A DNA stretch of 64,000 bases from an uncultured virus (IMG/VR IMGVR_UViG_3300045412_000368). Its lineage: Duplodnaviria > Heunggongvirae > Uroviricota > Caudoviricetes. Position 1 is the stretch's first letter. Every line of letters starts with the position of its first letter. The position numbers were made by a program, and so were the translations under genes. The DNA is taken from IMG/VR virus record IMGVR_UViG_3300045412_000368. One strand, given 5' to 3'. Below are positions 1 to 8,807 of the stretch, in pieces. Under the pieces are notes generated by a model. The model saw only the letters and a list, made by a program, of their open reading frames with translations, did not search any database and was not told the DNA's origin.

Positions 1-410
1 GTCAAGGTATACAAGGTGTACAGGGTATTCAAGGTATACAAGGTGTGCAGGGCGTACAAGGTGATATTGGCGCGCAGGGAGCGCAGGGTATCCAAGGATC
101 ACAAGGACCCGAAGGATCACAAGGACTTCAGGGAGATACCGGCGATACTGGAGATACTGGCGACACTGGACCACAAGGTATTCAAGGTATACAAGGTGTG
201 CAGGGCGTACAAGGTGCTATTGGCGCGCAGGGAGCGCAGGGTATCCAAGGTGTACAGGGCGTACAAGGTGTACAGGGCGTACAAGGCGTTCAAGGTGTAC
301 AGGGTATTCAAGGAGCACAAAGTGTACAAGGTATACAGGGTAATCAGGGCATACAAGGTATACAGGCAGCACAAGGCATACAAGGCATTCAAGGTGTACA
401 GGGTGCTCCT
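1..410 (+). repeat. 9-bp degenerate tandem repeats encoding collagen triplets
   Basis: Recurring CAAGGTGTA/CAAGGTATA/CAGGGC units. Confidence 0.9.
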
Positions 411-851
411 GGAACTGGTTCTAGCGCCACAACATTTTCAAATTTAACTGATGTAAACACCGCTGGTCTGACAGTAGATAAAATTTATCTTCCAGCAATC
501 ACGGCGTTGGTAGTTACCAATGACAGTGCTTTAGCCTATAGATTTGATCAGTACGGCACAAACAATAATCCTACTATCTATGCGATAAGTGGCACAACAA
601 TTGCCTTTGCACTCAATGTAGCCGGACATCCGTTCTTGGTAAAAACCAGCACCGGTACAAATGTTAACGATGGCTTAGTACATGTGACTACAAATGGTAC
701 TGTAACCACAGGCAGTTCGGCACAAGGAAAAGTTAGTGGTACCCTATACTGGAAAATACCCTACAATACCATAGGGAACTATAGATACGAGTGTTCGATA
801 CACCCTGGTATGCAAGGCACGATAACGATTAAAGATATAGCAGCAATATAA
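3..851 (+). CDS. Collagen-like (GXQ repeat) fibre protein with C-terminal cupredoxin-like domain; 5' end lies outside the window
   Basis: Open frame from nt 3 with G-X-Q triplets to ~410; C-terminal GHPF...YECSIHPGM matches the type-1 copper ligand pattern. Confidence 0.75.
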   Translation, partial: QGIQGVQGIQGIQGVQGVQGDIGAQGAQGIQGSQGPEGSQGLQGDTGDTGDTGDTGPQGIQGIQGVQGVQGAIGAQGAQGIQGVQGVQGVQGVQGVQGVQGIQGAQSVQGIQGNQGIQGIQAAQGIQGIQGVQGAPGTGSSATTFSNLTDVNTAGLTVDKIYLPAITALVVTNDSALAYRFDQYGTNNNPTIYAISGTTIAFALNVAGHPFLVKTSTGTNVNDGLVHVTTNGTVTTGSSAQGKVSGTLYWKIPYNTIGNYRYECSIHPGMQGTITIKDIAAI

Positions 852-984
852 TAAGGATTTCGTACTATTAATGTTATTACCAAAACAGGGATCAACACTA
901 GGTATAGGTGGAGGGGACGCGGGTTCTACCTACTGCGTAATCTATTCACTTAAAAACGGCTAAATAAACTGAAGAGAGCGAACT

Positions 985-1332
985 ATGGCATCAAAAATAC
1001 AACTACGCAGAGGAACCGCAGCAGAATGGACCCAAGCCAATCCCATATTATCACAGGGTGAGATGGGGGTAGAGACTGACACTGGTAAGTTTAAAATAGG
1101 CAATAACCTTAATGTTTGGAGCACATTATCCTATGTTTCAGTACAAGGTGTACAAGGTATTCAAGGTATCCAAAGCACTCAAGGAAATCAAGGTATACAG
1201 GGCACTGCTGGTTCAATTAACACTGTAACAATTCCTGGACCTTACACTAGTGAAGATGCAGGATCTAATGGTGTAGCAGTAGGCCAAATGTATTATCAAT
1301 CAAACGGCGCTGTTTTCGTTAGATTACTCTAA
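985..1332 (+). CDS. Short fibre protein with major-tropism-determinant N-terminal-like domain and a short collagen stretch
   Basis: IQLRRGTAAEWTQANPILSQGEMGVETDTGKFKIG is typical of the Mtd_N/hyaluronidase N-terminal family; TAAATA at 961-966. Confidence 0.75.
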   Translation: MASKIQLRRGTAAEWTQANPILSQGEMGVETDTGKFKIGNNLNVWSTLSYVSVQGVQGIQGIQSTQGNQGIQGTAGSINTVTIPGPYTSEDAGSNGVAVGQMYYQSNGAVFVRLL

Positions 1333-1409
1333 TATGCGTATAATAACTCTACAACAAATTAATTTACTATGGCCATACAAATTCTAACACAAACTAGAAA
1401 TTTTACTCT

Positions 1410-2063
1410 ATGAGCTATCATACGTATTATCCTCCTCCACCTCCCCCTCCACCTCCCCCACCACCTCCCCCACCACCTCCCCCACCACCTCCCCCACCAC
1501 CTCCCCCACCACCTCCCCCACCACCACCGCCACCTCCACCTCCTCCACCTCCTCCACCACCGCTACCTCCTCCACCTATGCCACAATTATCCTTACAACA
1601 AATTAATTTAGGCGGGTATGCTAACGATGGTACAGGAGATGACTTACGTACAGCATTCTCAAAAGTTATTGCTAATTTTACTACTATAAAAGAAGCCATA
1701 CCCAGCCGTGTTAGTGAAGATACTAATCCAAGTTTAGGTGCTAACCTAAATTTAAATGGTAAGAACCTATTTAGTAATGACAATGTAACATTAACATTGC
1801 CCTCTAATAAACATTTTGAAGTTAATCGTACTATCAAAGCTCCTTTACTAGAAGGTAAGGTCAGTGATATTAGTAATCATAATTTAGACGCTCTTAGTGA
1901 TGTTACAGTTTCTAATCCAATAAGTGGACAAAGTCTTGTATATGATGGAGATTTTTGGGTATCAGGTACAGTTATTGCTACATTCACAACCGTCGATGGC
2001 GGAGCTAGTTCAACGATATATATGACTGAACCAAGCTATGTAATCGACGGAGGTTATGCTTGA
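1410..2063 (+). CDS. Baseplate/fibre-associated protein (T4 gp9/gp10-like N-terminal motif) with a poly-proline N-terminal extension; alternative start at 1578
   Basis: QQINLGGYANDGTGDDLRTAF motif; 44 consecutive Pro codons at 1431-1562; C-terminal DGG motifs. Confidence 0.7.
   Translation: MSYHTYYPPPPPPPPPPPPPPPPPPPPPPPPPPPPPPPPPPPPPPPPPPPPLPPPPMPQLSLQQINLGGYANDGTGDDLRTAFSKVIANFTTIKEAIPSRVSEDTNPSLGANLNLNGKNLFSNDNVTLTLPSNKHFEVNRTIKAPLLEGKVSDISNHNLDALSDVTVSNPISGQSLVYDGDFWVSGTVIATFTTVDGGASSTIYMTEPSYVIDGGYA
1431..1577 (+). repeat. CCN poly-proline tract including 12-bp CCACCACCTCCC units
   Basis: Seen directly in the sequence. Confidence 0.95.
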
Positions 2064-2755
2064 AAATAGCAGTAATCACAGGAATATCAGGACTTAAATC
2101 AGACTTACAAGATCCAAGTAACGGTGGATTTCCAGGTGTTGACTATTATGCATTCACTGATAAACCTTATAATGTAAATGTATGGATTCAACGTCCCTTA
2201 ATTAACTTTAGTAAAGACCCCATTTATGCAGCACGTCGCAATGTAAAACTGCCTAAAATATTGGCATTTTTAATGGTACCAAATTATGACTATTATATTT
2301 GGCATGATCATTACTGTGAAGTACAAACTGACCCAAGACAGATAATAAAACAATATCTAAAAGATTATGATATGGGAGTATTTAGGCACGCTAAAAGACA
2401 TTGTGTATATGAAGAATTACACATTGTGGCACTAAGCAGATTTGAAACTGTAGAATGTATGAACAGTATGCATGATGTTCTACGTAAATGCAGATGGCCT
2501 GAACGTGCTGGATTATACGAAATGACCAGTTTCATTTACCACAATAATCCAAAAACACAAGCAACCATGCTAAATTGGTGGGATATAATAGTACAAAGTA
2601 GTAGCAGAGATCAACTAAGTTTTCCGCTTGCAGCAGGTATGAATGATCTTAAACTAAGTATATTACCTGGAAGTGCTTTACCATATGGAGGAAGTAATCA
2701 GTTCTTCCCTCAGGTTAGGGAAAAAGAAAAAGGAGCTGGTATAGTCTTGCCCTAA
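2060..2755 (+). CDS. DUF616/TOD1-MUCI70-like glycosyltransferase
   Basis: DYYAFTD, HAKRHCVYEE and RDQLSF motifs. Confidence 0.7.
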   Translation: MKIAVITGISGLKSDLQDPSNGGFPGVDYYAFTDKPYNVNVWIQRPLINFSKDPIYAARRNVKLPKILAFLMVPNYDYYIWHDHYCEVQTDPRQIIKQYLKDYDMGVFRHAKRHCVYEELHIVALSRFETVECMNSMHDVLRKCRWPERAGLYEMTSFIYHNNPKTQATMLNWWDIIVQSSSRDQLSFPLAAGMNDLKLSILPGSALPYGGSNQFFPQVREKEKGAGIVLP

Positions 2756-2758
2756 ACC

Positions 2759-2766
2759 TATAAATA
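2759..2766 (+). promoter_or_regulatory. T4-type late promoter TATAAATA
   Basis: Exact consensus 14 nt upstream of the ATG at 2781. Confidence 0.75.
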
Positions 2767-2780
2767 TATAAGGGACGACT

Positions 2781-5186
2781 ATGTTAGATATTTGGACTTA
2801 TAAAAGTGGACATAATTTTGGTACCTTTGAAGAAGGTATAAAAATAATCATACCCTTACGTCTAAATAATACGTTAAATGATATCAAATTAAGTATAATC
2901 AGTGGCAAATTACCACCTGGTTTACGTATCAAAGCTGCCAATATTGAAGGTGTTCCTATTGAAGTAATTAGGCCTACACAGTTTGAATTTGTTATAAGAG
3001 CAACTAAAATATCTAATAATGAAATTAGTGATAGAACGTATTATATTACTATTACAGGCGCAGATGAACCTTACATACTTACACCAAATGGTCTACTACC
3101 AGTAGGACCAAAAAAGACTTTTTTTATCTTAGACTCAAGTCCCGTAGATTTTCAAATTGAAGCTTATGATTTTGATACAGCAGTAGGACAAAAACTAACT
3201 TTTTTTATTGAACACAGTGAAGGAACATTGCCACCTGGATTATCTATGGATTCTAATGGTAGAATTACAGGATTCATAGATCCTTTATTAGCTGTACCAA
3301 TAGTTTATAGAGATGGTGGATATGATAATCAAGGCTACGATAATTTTGCATATGACTTTGGTATAAAGTCAGATAATGGTTTTGATAGCTTTAAGTTTGA
3401 TGCTATTACGTATGATTACAGTGCACCATTCCGTGGTCCTAAAAAACTTAATAGAAACTATGAATTCATAGTAACAGTCAGTGATGGAGATACGATTGTT
3501 AAACGTCAATTTAGAATTTATGTAGTAGGAGAAGACTATTTAAGAGCAGATAATACTATTCTACATGTAGGAACAGGTACATACTTAGCCAGCGCCAGTA
3601 GCTTAAGAATGCCATTTTGGCGTACCCCGCCTAACTTAGGACAAATAAGGTGTAATAACTATCAAATAATTAGGTTAGACGTATACGATGTTTTAGACTA
3701 TAATAGTATACAATACTCTTTAGAACCAAAAAACCCTGATAATAGTTTAAGTCAATTACCCGATGGTATGCAATTAGATATAAGAACTGGTGAAATTTTT
3801 GGACTATTGCCTTATAAACCTAATAATTATACAGACTATAATTTTACAATAACTGCTACAAGATTTGGTTATAACGGTGAGACTGCAAGTTCTAGTAGAA
3901 CATTTAGTATTAGAATATTAGGTGAAATTAACAGTACAATGATTTGGATTACTAATACAGATTTAGGAACAATTGGGGCTAATTTTATCAGTAATTTAAA
4001 ATTAGAAGCAGCCAGTACTTTACCTAATCCTGTAATAGAATATACTGTGATTGCAGGTAACTTACCACCTGGTCTTACTTTAGAAAAAAGTGGTGAAATT
4101 ACCGGGCGTGTAAGGCAATATAGCCAAGGCCAAGAATTAGGATTAACAACATTTTACGATAGGTTAGATGATCAGCTTATTTCAAATCAAAGTTTTGATG
4201 ATGGCGATACTGACTTTGATAGAATATACGAATTTATTGTAAGAGCTCAAGATCAAGTAGAATATAGCAGTATAGATAGACAATTCACGTTAAGTATAGA
4301 TACTCCTAATGATAGATTATATAGTAATATATATGCTACAAGTTATATGTCCTTAGACAAACGTAGACTATTTGAGGACTTAGTTTCAAATGAAGATATA
4401 TTCCCTCAAAGTCATATATATAGATTAAATGATTCAAACTATGGAATACGTAAAGATATGCGTATGTTAATATATGCAGGTATTGAAACAAAACAAGCAG
4501 CCGAGTATATTAGTATAATTGGATTAAATCATGAAAAGAAAAGATTTAGATTTGGCGACGTTAAAATAGCCAAAGCTCGTAATCCTGGATCTAATACTGT
4601 TATATATGAAGTTATATATATTGAAATGATAGATGCTTTTGACTTTACTGATAGGCATTTACCATTAGTGAATAATGTGAACCCAACAAGTACTACTAAG
4701 TATACTATTGATATGAGCAACTATATTTGGAATTCCGATGGGAGTAATTTGTATATAGGAAGAAAGGAACCATATCTTCCACGCCCATGGGACAAAGTGA
4801 CTATAGATAGAACAAATATATTGTCCAGCGATCCAAATCAAAAAAATCGTTATCCTAGTACTATATATAATTGGCGTAAAAGGATAAGATTCCATAAAGA
4901 TCAATATGGTATAGAATTGCTTACAGAGCAGCGTTTTTTGCCTTTATGGATGCGTAGCTTTCAGGATGATAGACAAGAGTTAGGATTTATTCCAGCATTA
5001 CCACTTTGTTTTTGTAATCCTAATAAGTCATATGACGTTTACTTAAATGTTAAAAATTATCTTAAAGTAAATAATTTTGATTTTAAATTCTTAGACTTTA
5101 CAGTAGACAGATATATCATTGACAGTGTAATAGACTATGGTAAAGATAAATATCTTTTATTTAATAATCAAGAGGCTACAATATGA
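2781..5186 (+). CDS. Virion structural protein with repeated putative Ig-like domains (baseplate region)
   Basis: Repeated G-x-LPPGL-x-L...G-x-I-x-G motifs; 801 aa; late promoter upstream. Confidence 0.7.
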   Translation: MLDIWTYKSGHNFGTFEEGIKIIIPLRLNNTLNDIKLSIISGKLPPGLRIKAANIEGVPIEVIRPTQFEFVIRATKISNNEISDRTYYITITGADEPYILTPNGLLPVGPKKTFFILDSSPVDFQIEAYDFDTAVGQKLTFFIEHSEGTLPPGLSMDSNGRITGFIDPLLAVPIVYRDGGYDNQGYDNFAYDFGIKSDNGFDSFKFDAITYDYSAPFRGPKKLNRNYEFIVTVSDGDTIVKRQFRIYVVGEDYLRADNTILHVGTGTYLASASSLRMPFWRTPPNLGQIRCNNYQIIRLDVYDVLDYNSIQYSLEPKNPDNSLSQLPDGMQLDIRTGEIFGLLPYKPNNYTDYNFTITATRFGYNGETASSSRTFSIRILGEINSTMIWITNTDLGTIGANFISNLKLEAASTLPNPVIEYTVIAGNLPPGLTLEKSGEITGRVRQYSQGQELGLTTFYDRLDDQLISNQSFDDGDTDFDRIYEFIVRAQDQVEYSSIDRQFTLSIDTPNDRLYSNIYATSYMSLDKRRLFEDLVSNEDIFPQSHIYRLNDSNYGIRKDMRMLIYAGIETKQAAEYISIIGLNHEKKRFRFGDVKIAKARNPGSNTVIYEVIYIEMIDAFDFTDRHLPLVNNVNPTSTTKYTIDMSNYIWNSDGSNLYIGRKEPYLPRPWDKVTIDRTNILSSDPNQKNRYPSTIYNWRKRIRFHKDQYGIELLTEQRFLPLWMRSFQDDRQELGFIPALPLCFCNPNKSYDVYLNVKNYLKVNNFDFKFLDFTVDRYIIDSVIDYGKDKYLLFNNQEATI

Positions 5187-5830
5187 GCAATATAGATATT
5201 ACTGCAATAGATAATGATTTTCCTGTTCAAGGAAAGGATAATAATAGCCAAGGATTTAGAACCAATTTTACAGCAATCAAAACTGCTCTCAATATTGCAA
5301 AAACTGAAATAACTACTTTACAAACAAATACAGCTAAAACCAATACTACAAATAATTTTAATGGCAATAGATTAGAAAATTTTGTTTTAAACAATATAAG
5401 TGATCTATATAAAAATAAAGGAACTCCAGAGGATCAACAAATTAGTATTGATGTTAGAGATGCAAAAGTCTTTAAAATTAGATGCACAGGAAACACCACT
5501 GTAAGTTTTACAAACTGGCCACAAAATACTTTAAATTTAACTAGAGCAACAATAATTAAACTACACATTATATTTGATTTAAATTTAGCTGATCCTAATG
5601 TTAATGAATATAGAGTAAACTTTAGCACAGGATTAGGTGGAATAATTAAATCTACGCCACGTCATCTTACAAATTGGACAGATGGCCCAACTGGTTGGTA
5701 TTTACCAGCACAACTAAAGCAAGGATCTGGACCCAATCCTACTATAAATAACCAAGAACATGTTTTGGAAGCGTGGACTTATAATAACGGACAAACTATA
5801 TTTTTAAATTATTTGGGGAATTTTGGATGA
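5183..5830 (+). CDS. Hypothetical virion protein
   Basis: Translationally coupled to the upstream gene; FPVQGKDNNSQGFRTNF N-terminus followed by a coiled coil. Confidence 0.6.
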   Translation: MSNIDITAIDNDFPVQGKDNNSQGFRTNFTAIKTALNIAKTEITTLQTNTAKTNTTNNFNGNRLENFVLNNISDLYKNKGTPEDQQISIDVRDAKVFKIRCTGNTTVSFTNWPQNTLNLTRATIIKLHIIFDLNLADPNVNEYRVNFSTGLGGIIKSTPRHLTNWTDGPTGWYLPAQLKQGSGPNPTINNQEHVLEAWTYNNGQTIFLNYLGNFG

Positions 5831-6051
5831 ACCCATTTATTGAATTTAATAATATTACTGATAATGAATTGGAAAGTAAAATAAATGAAATTACAAAAAA
5901 ATATTTTATGACTAACAACGGTGATTTAAAATTTCAATTAAGTACAGCATTACATATGTATAAAGAAGAACTAGTTAATAGAAGACAACGGATATTTCAA
6001 GAACAATTTGATAAGAAAAAAGGACTTGACAATTTAATTAAAATAAATTAA
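5827..6051 (+). CDS. Hypothetical protein
   Basis: ATGA overlap with the upstream stop; coiled-coil-like. Confidence 0.65.
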   Translation: MNPFIEFNNITDNELESKINEITKKYFMTNNGDLKFQLSTALHMYKEELVNRRQRIFQEQFDKKKGLDNLIKIN

Positions 6052-6054
6052 CAT
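6026..6054 (+). promoter_or_regulatory. sigma70-like promoter TTGACA-N17-TAACAT
   Basis: Consensus -35 box, 17-bp spacer, just upstream of 6061. Confidence 0.55.
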
Positions 6055-6060
6055 AATGTT

Positions 6061-6549
6061 ATGAGAGCGGATAAATTTGGTAACTTAATCTATGATGAAA
6101 ATGATCTATTAGAATTAGTTTATCAAGATAAGACTGAATTACTTGAACAGGTAATTTGTGAACCACAAATAAATATAGTTGGTTTAAACTTAAAAAAAAT
6201 AAGTGAAGATATCTACAATATGGATATTGAAACTTTTGATTCCATATGCCAACAGGAATGGTTTTTGCCTAGTGAATATAAGGATATGGATATAGAAGGT
6301 TATCTAGTATCTGTATGTCCCAAAGAAAACTATCAAAGACTTATAGAAGAATTACAAGAATTTCGCACTAGAGATATGATAAATTTGCTACGCTGGCTAA
6401 AATATTTTGTAGATACTTGCCGAAAACAACAAATTGTTTGGGGAGTAGGTAGAGGAAGCAGTGTAGCAAGTTATGTATTATACTTAATAGGCGTACACAA
6501 AATTGACCCCATCAAATACAAATTAGACTGGTGGGAATTTTTAAGATAA
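6061..6549 (+). CDS. Stand-alone fragment of DNA polymerase III alpha (DnaE) palm region
   Basis: WGVGRGSSVASYVLYLIGVHKIDPIKY matches the DnaE GRGS region; the protein ends before the catalytic PDID. Confidence 0.75.
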   Translation: MRADKFGNLIYDENDLLELVYQDKTELLEQVICEPQINIVGLNLKKISEDIYNMDIETFDSICQQEWFLPSEYKDMDIEGYLVSVCPKENYQRLIEELQEFRTRDMINLLRWLKYFVDTCRKQQIVWGVGRGSSVASYVLYLIGVHKIDPIKYKLDWWEFLR

Positions 6550-6571
6550 GTAATTTATTAGGAGATAACTT

Positions 6572-6766
6572 ATGGCTGAGAAAAAAATTTATAGAAGTGC
6601 TAATGGTAAAGAAGTTGATATGGAAAGACTGCGTAGCCAAAATGAAATGAGTCTTGCTGTAGGCAATGCCAAAGTAAATGCTCGTGGAGACGAAATTGGT
6701 CCAGGTGGAAAAATTATTAAGCGCAGAGAAGATATTCAAAATGATTACTATAAAGGAAACAAATAG
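6572..6766 (+). CDS. Hypothetical protein
   Basis: Strong SD (AGGAG); NARGDEIGPGG motif. Confidence 0.7.
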   Translation: MAEKKIYRSANGKEVDMERLRSQNEMSLAVGNAKVNARGDEIGPGGKIIKRREDIQNDYYKGNK

Positions 6767-6774
6767 AGGTATCT

Positions 6775-7095
6775 ATGATTAAAGGAAAAATAGTCCCTAT
6801 TAGAGATAGTGTACTTGTAAGTAATATGGATTTTGATGTATGTACTACTAAAGGTGGAATTTTCTTATTAAATGATGATGGTAAAAGCGAAGGTATTAGA
6901 CCAAGATGGGGCTGTGTATGGGCCGTAGGTGATGAACAACAACATTTGAAAGTTGGTGATTGGGTGCTTGTTGAACATGGACGTTGGACTAGAGGAATAA
7001 GTGTTGAATCAAATTCTGGTAAAGAAATCATAGTCCGCCGCATTGATAATGACTGCATATTGGCTGTAGCAGATGAACGACCATCAGACATTTAA
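6775..7095 (+). CDS. groES: GroES-like co-chaperonin
   Basis: PIRDSVLV...TKGGIFL...G-x-V-x-AVG...VGDWVL...DCILAV. Confidence 0.85.
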   Translation: MIKGKIVPIRDSVLVSNMDFDVCTTKGGIFLLNDDGKSEGIRPRWGCVWAVGDEQQHLKVGDWVLVEHGRWTRGISVESNSGKEIIVRRIDNDCILAVADERPSDI

Positions 7096-7243
7096 GTGTA
7101 ATATTTGTGGCCAACAATATAGCCTTGCTTGTGATTTTGAGCAAGGCAGGTGCCCGCATCATCCTCCTAGTCTTGACATTCATCACTTAAGATTTTATAA
7201 TTTAATTAAATGGATGAAAAAACAATTTACAGTTACACTGTAG
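7073..7243 (+). CDS. Small Cys/His-rich protein (56 aa), absent from the ORF track
   Basis: Hand translation: MNDHQTFKCNICGQQYSLACDFEQGRCPHHPPSLDIHHLRFYNLIKWMKKQFTVTL*. Confidence 0.5.
   Translation: MNDHQTFKCNICGQQYSLACDFEQGRCPHHPPSLDIHHLRFYNLIKWMKKQFTVTL
7173..7201 (+). promoter_or_regulatory. Consensus sigma70 promoter TTGACA-N17-TATAAT
   Basis: Exact consensus upstream of 7210 and the clamp loader. Confidence 0.65.
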
Positions 7244-7425
7244 AAAGAGCTGATGGCTATATCTATAAATTAGAAAGTGATCAAGAAGCCAGTATTCTTC
7301 TTGAAACATTACGTAAATTATATCTACAAAAAACGAATAATAATCTTTTGTTTTGTCAGCACCTAAACCGTATTCCTGTAGCGATTTATAAATTAGAGGT
7401 AAAAAATGAAAGAACTTTGGACTGA
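7210..7425 (+). CDS. Hypothetical protein
   Basis: ORF between promoter and clamp loader, overlapping the next start. Confidence 0.5.
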   Translation: MDEKTIYSYTVERADGYIYKLESDQEASILLETLRKLYLQKTNNNLLFCQHLNRIPVAIYKLEVKNERTLD

Positions 7426-8326
7426 AAAGTACAGACCAAAAAATCTTGATGGCTATGTTTTTAGAGACAAACATCAAGAAGAACAAGTCAGATCTTGGAT
7501 TAAAGATCAAACTATACCACATTTATTATTCAGTGGCAGTGCTGGTATTGGTAAAACTACTTTAGCAAAAATTCTAATCAATGAATTACATATTAAAGAT
7601 TTGGATGTGCTTGAACTCAACGCAAGTAGAGAACGTGGTATTGAAGAAGTTAGAAAAAAGATCACTAATTTTGTTCAAATGATACCATATGGCGAATTTA
7701 AGGTTGTAATATTAGATGAAGCAGATTTTTTAACTCCTGAAGCACAGGCTAGTTTGCGTGGCGTTATGGAAGAATGTCATAAAAATGCAAGATTTATTTT
7801 AACTTGTAATTATCCTAACAAAATTATTCCTGCCATACATAGTCGTTGTCAAGGATTTCATATGCCTAAGATTGATCAAACTGAATTTACTGCACGAGTA
7901 GCTACTATTTTGGTAGAAGAGTCAGTAGATTTTGATTTAGAATCTTTAGATAATATTGTAAAATTTACCTTCCCTGATCTTAGAAAATGTATCAACACTA
8001 TACAAATGAACAGTATAGATAATATTTTAAGATCGCCTAGTGATAGTGATAGAATCGAACCAGACTATAAATTGGAAATGGTTGAATTATTCAAAAAGGG
8101 AGACATTAATACAGCAAGAAAGCTTTTATGTAGTCAAGCTAGACCTGAGGAAATGGTAGAAATTTACAGATGGCTTTATGACAATATTGGTATTTTTGGC
8201 AACGAAACTGCACAGGAAAAAGCCATACTAATTATTAAACAAGGTCTTGTAGATCATACATTAGTTCAAGATCCTGAAATTAATCTTTCTGCTACACTAA
8301 TTAGACTGGCTCATGTTAATGACTGA
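7406..8326 (+). CDS. Clamp loader AAA+ subunit (RFC small/gp44-like)
   Basis: WTEKYRP, GSAGIGKT, ELNAS, ILDEAD, SRC motifs. Confidence 0.93.
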   Translation: MKELWTEKYRPKNLDGYVFRDKHQEEQVRSWIKDQTIPHLLFSGSAGIGKTTLAKILINELHIKDLDVLELNASRERGIEEVRKKITNFVQMIPYGEFKVVILDEADFLTPEAQASLRGVMEECHKNARFILTCNYPNKIIPAIHSRCQGFHMPKIDQTEFTARVATILVEESVDFDLESLDNIVKFTFPDLRKCINTIQMNSIDNILRSPSDSDRIEPDYKLEMVELFKKGDINTARKLLCSQARPEEMVEIYRWLYDNIGIFGNETAQEKAILIIKQGLVDHTLVQDPEINLSATLIRLAHVND

Positions 8327-8807
8327 TAGGCCAAACAGTGCTAAGGGACTCACTAGTTTTGACGCTATAACTGGTATTGGCCTTGTAAATTTCTTTAATA
8401 AGAACGCTATTGCATATCCTACTGATATAGGTGCTCCAAAGTTTGATCTGATACCTATTGAAAAACAAAAAGATATTATGGTCAATGTAGCACGTCTACA
8501 TGCTCAACAAGAATATCAACGTATTATGGATCTTGTAACAGTGTTACAAAAACAGGCTAATCAGATCAAACGTAGACTAGAAATTACTGATGCTGTTCAT
8601 GCTGCTAAGTATCAATTTCAAATAGCTCATGGTCACATATATTGGCTCTTATACGATAATAAACATGGCTGTACAAGATTATGTATGCTTGGACCAAAAG
8701 GTTGGACCACAGCCCCCCCATTAGAATATGAATATATTACTAGAGTAAAATGGCTGGGCGACTATTCTTGGATAGAAGTAGACGCCCAAGGTCAAGGCAT
8801 TAATTAA
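8313..8807 (+). CDS. Hypothetical protein, DUF2452-like
   Basis: YPTDIGAPKF, coiled coil, AKYQFQ-x3-GHIYWL, D-x-SW pattern recalled from that family. Confidence 0.5.
   Translation: MLMTDRPNSAKGLTSFDAITGIGLVNFFNKNAIAYPTDIGAPKFDLIPIEKQKDIMVNVARLHAQQEYQRIMDLVTVLQKQANQIKRRLEITDAVHAAKYQFQIAHGHIYWLLYDNKHGCTRLCMLGPKGWTTAPPLEYEYITRVKWLGDYSWIEVDAQGQGIN

Noticed and set aside
16..447. Alternative-frame ORFs over the collagen repeat (16-447 +, 117-392 -)
   Set aside because: Shadows of the 9-bp repeat; the GXQ frame continues into a folded domain
985..1332. Diversity-generating retroelement suggested by the Mtd_N-like domain
   Set aside because: No reverse transcriptase and no TR/VR pair with adenine-specific mismatches seen in the window
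1427..1837. Minus-strand poly-Gly ORF
   Set aside because: Antisense mirror of the Pro tract; the plus frame carries the recognisable motif
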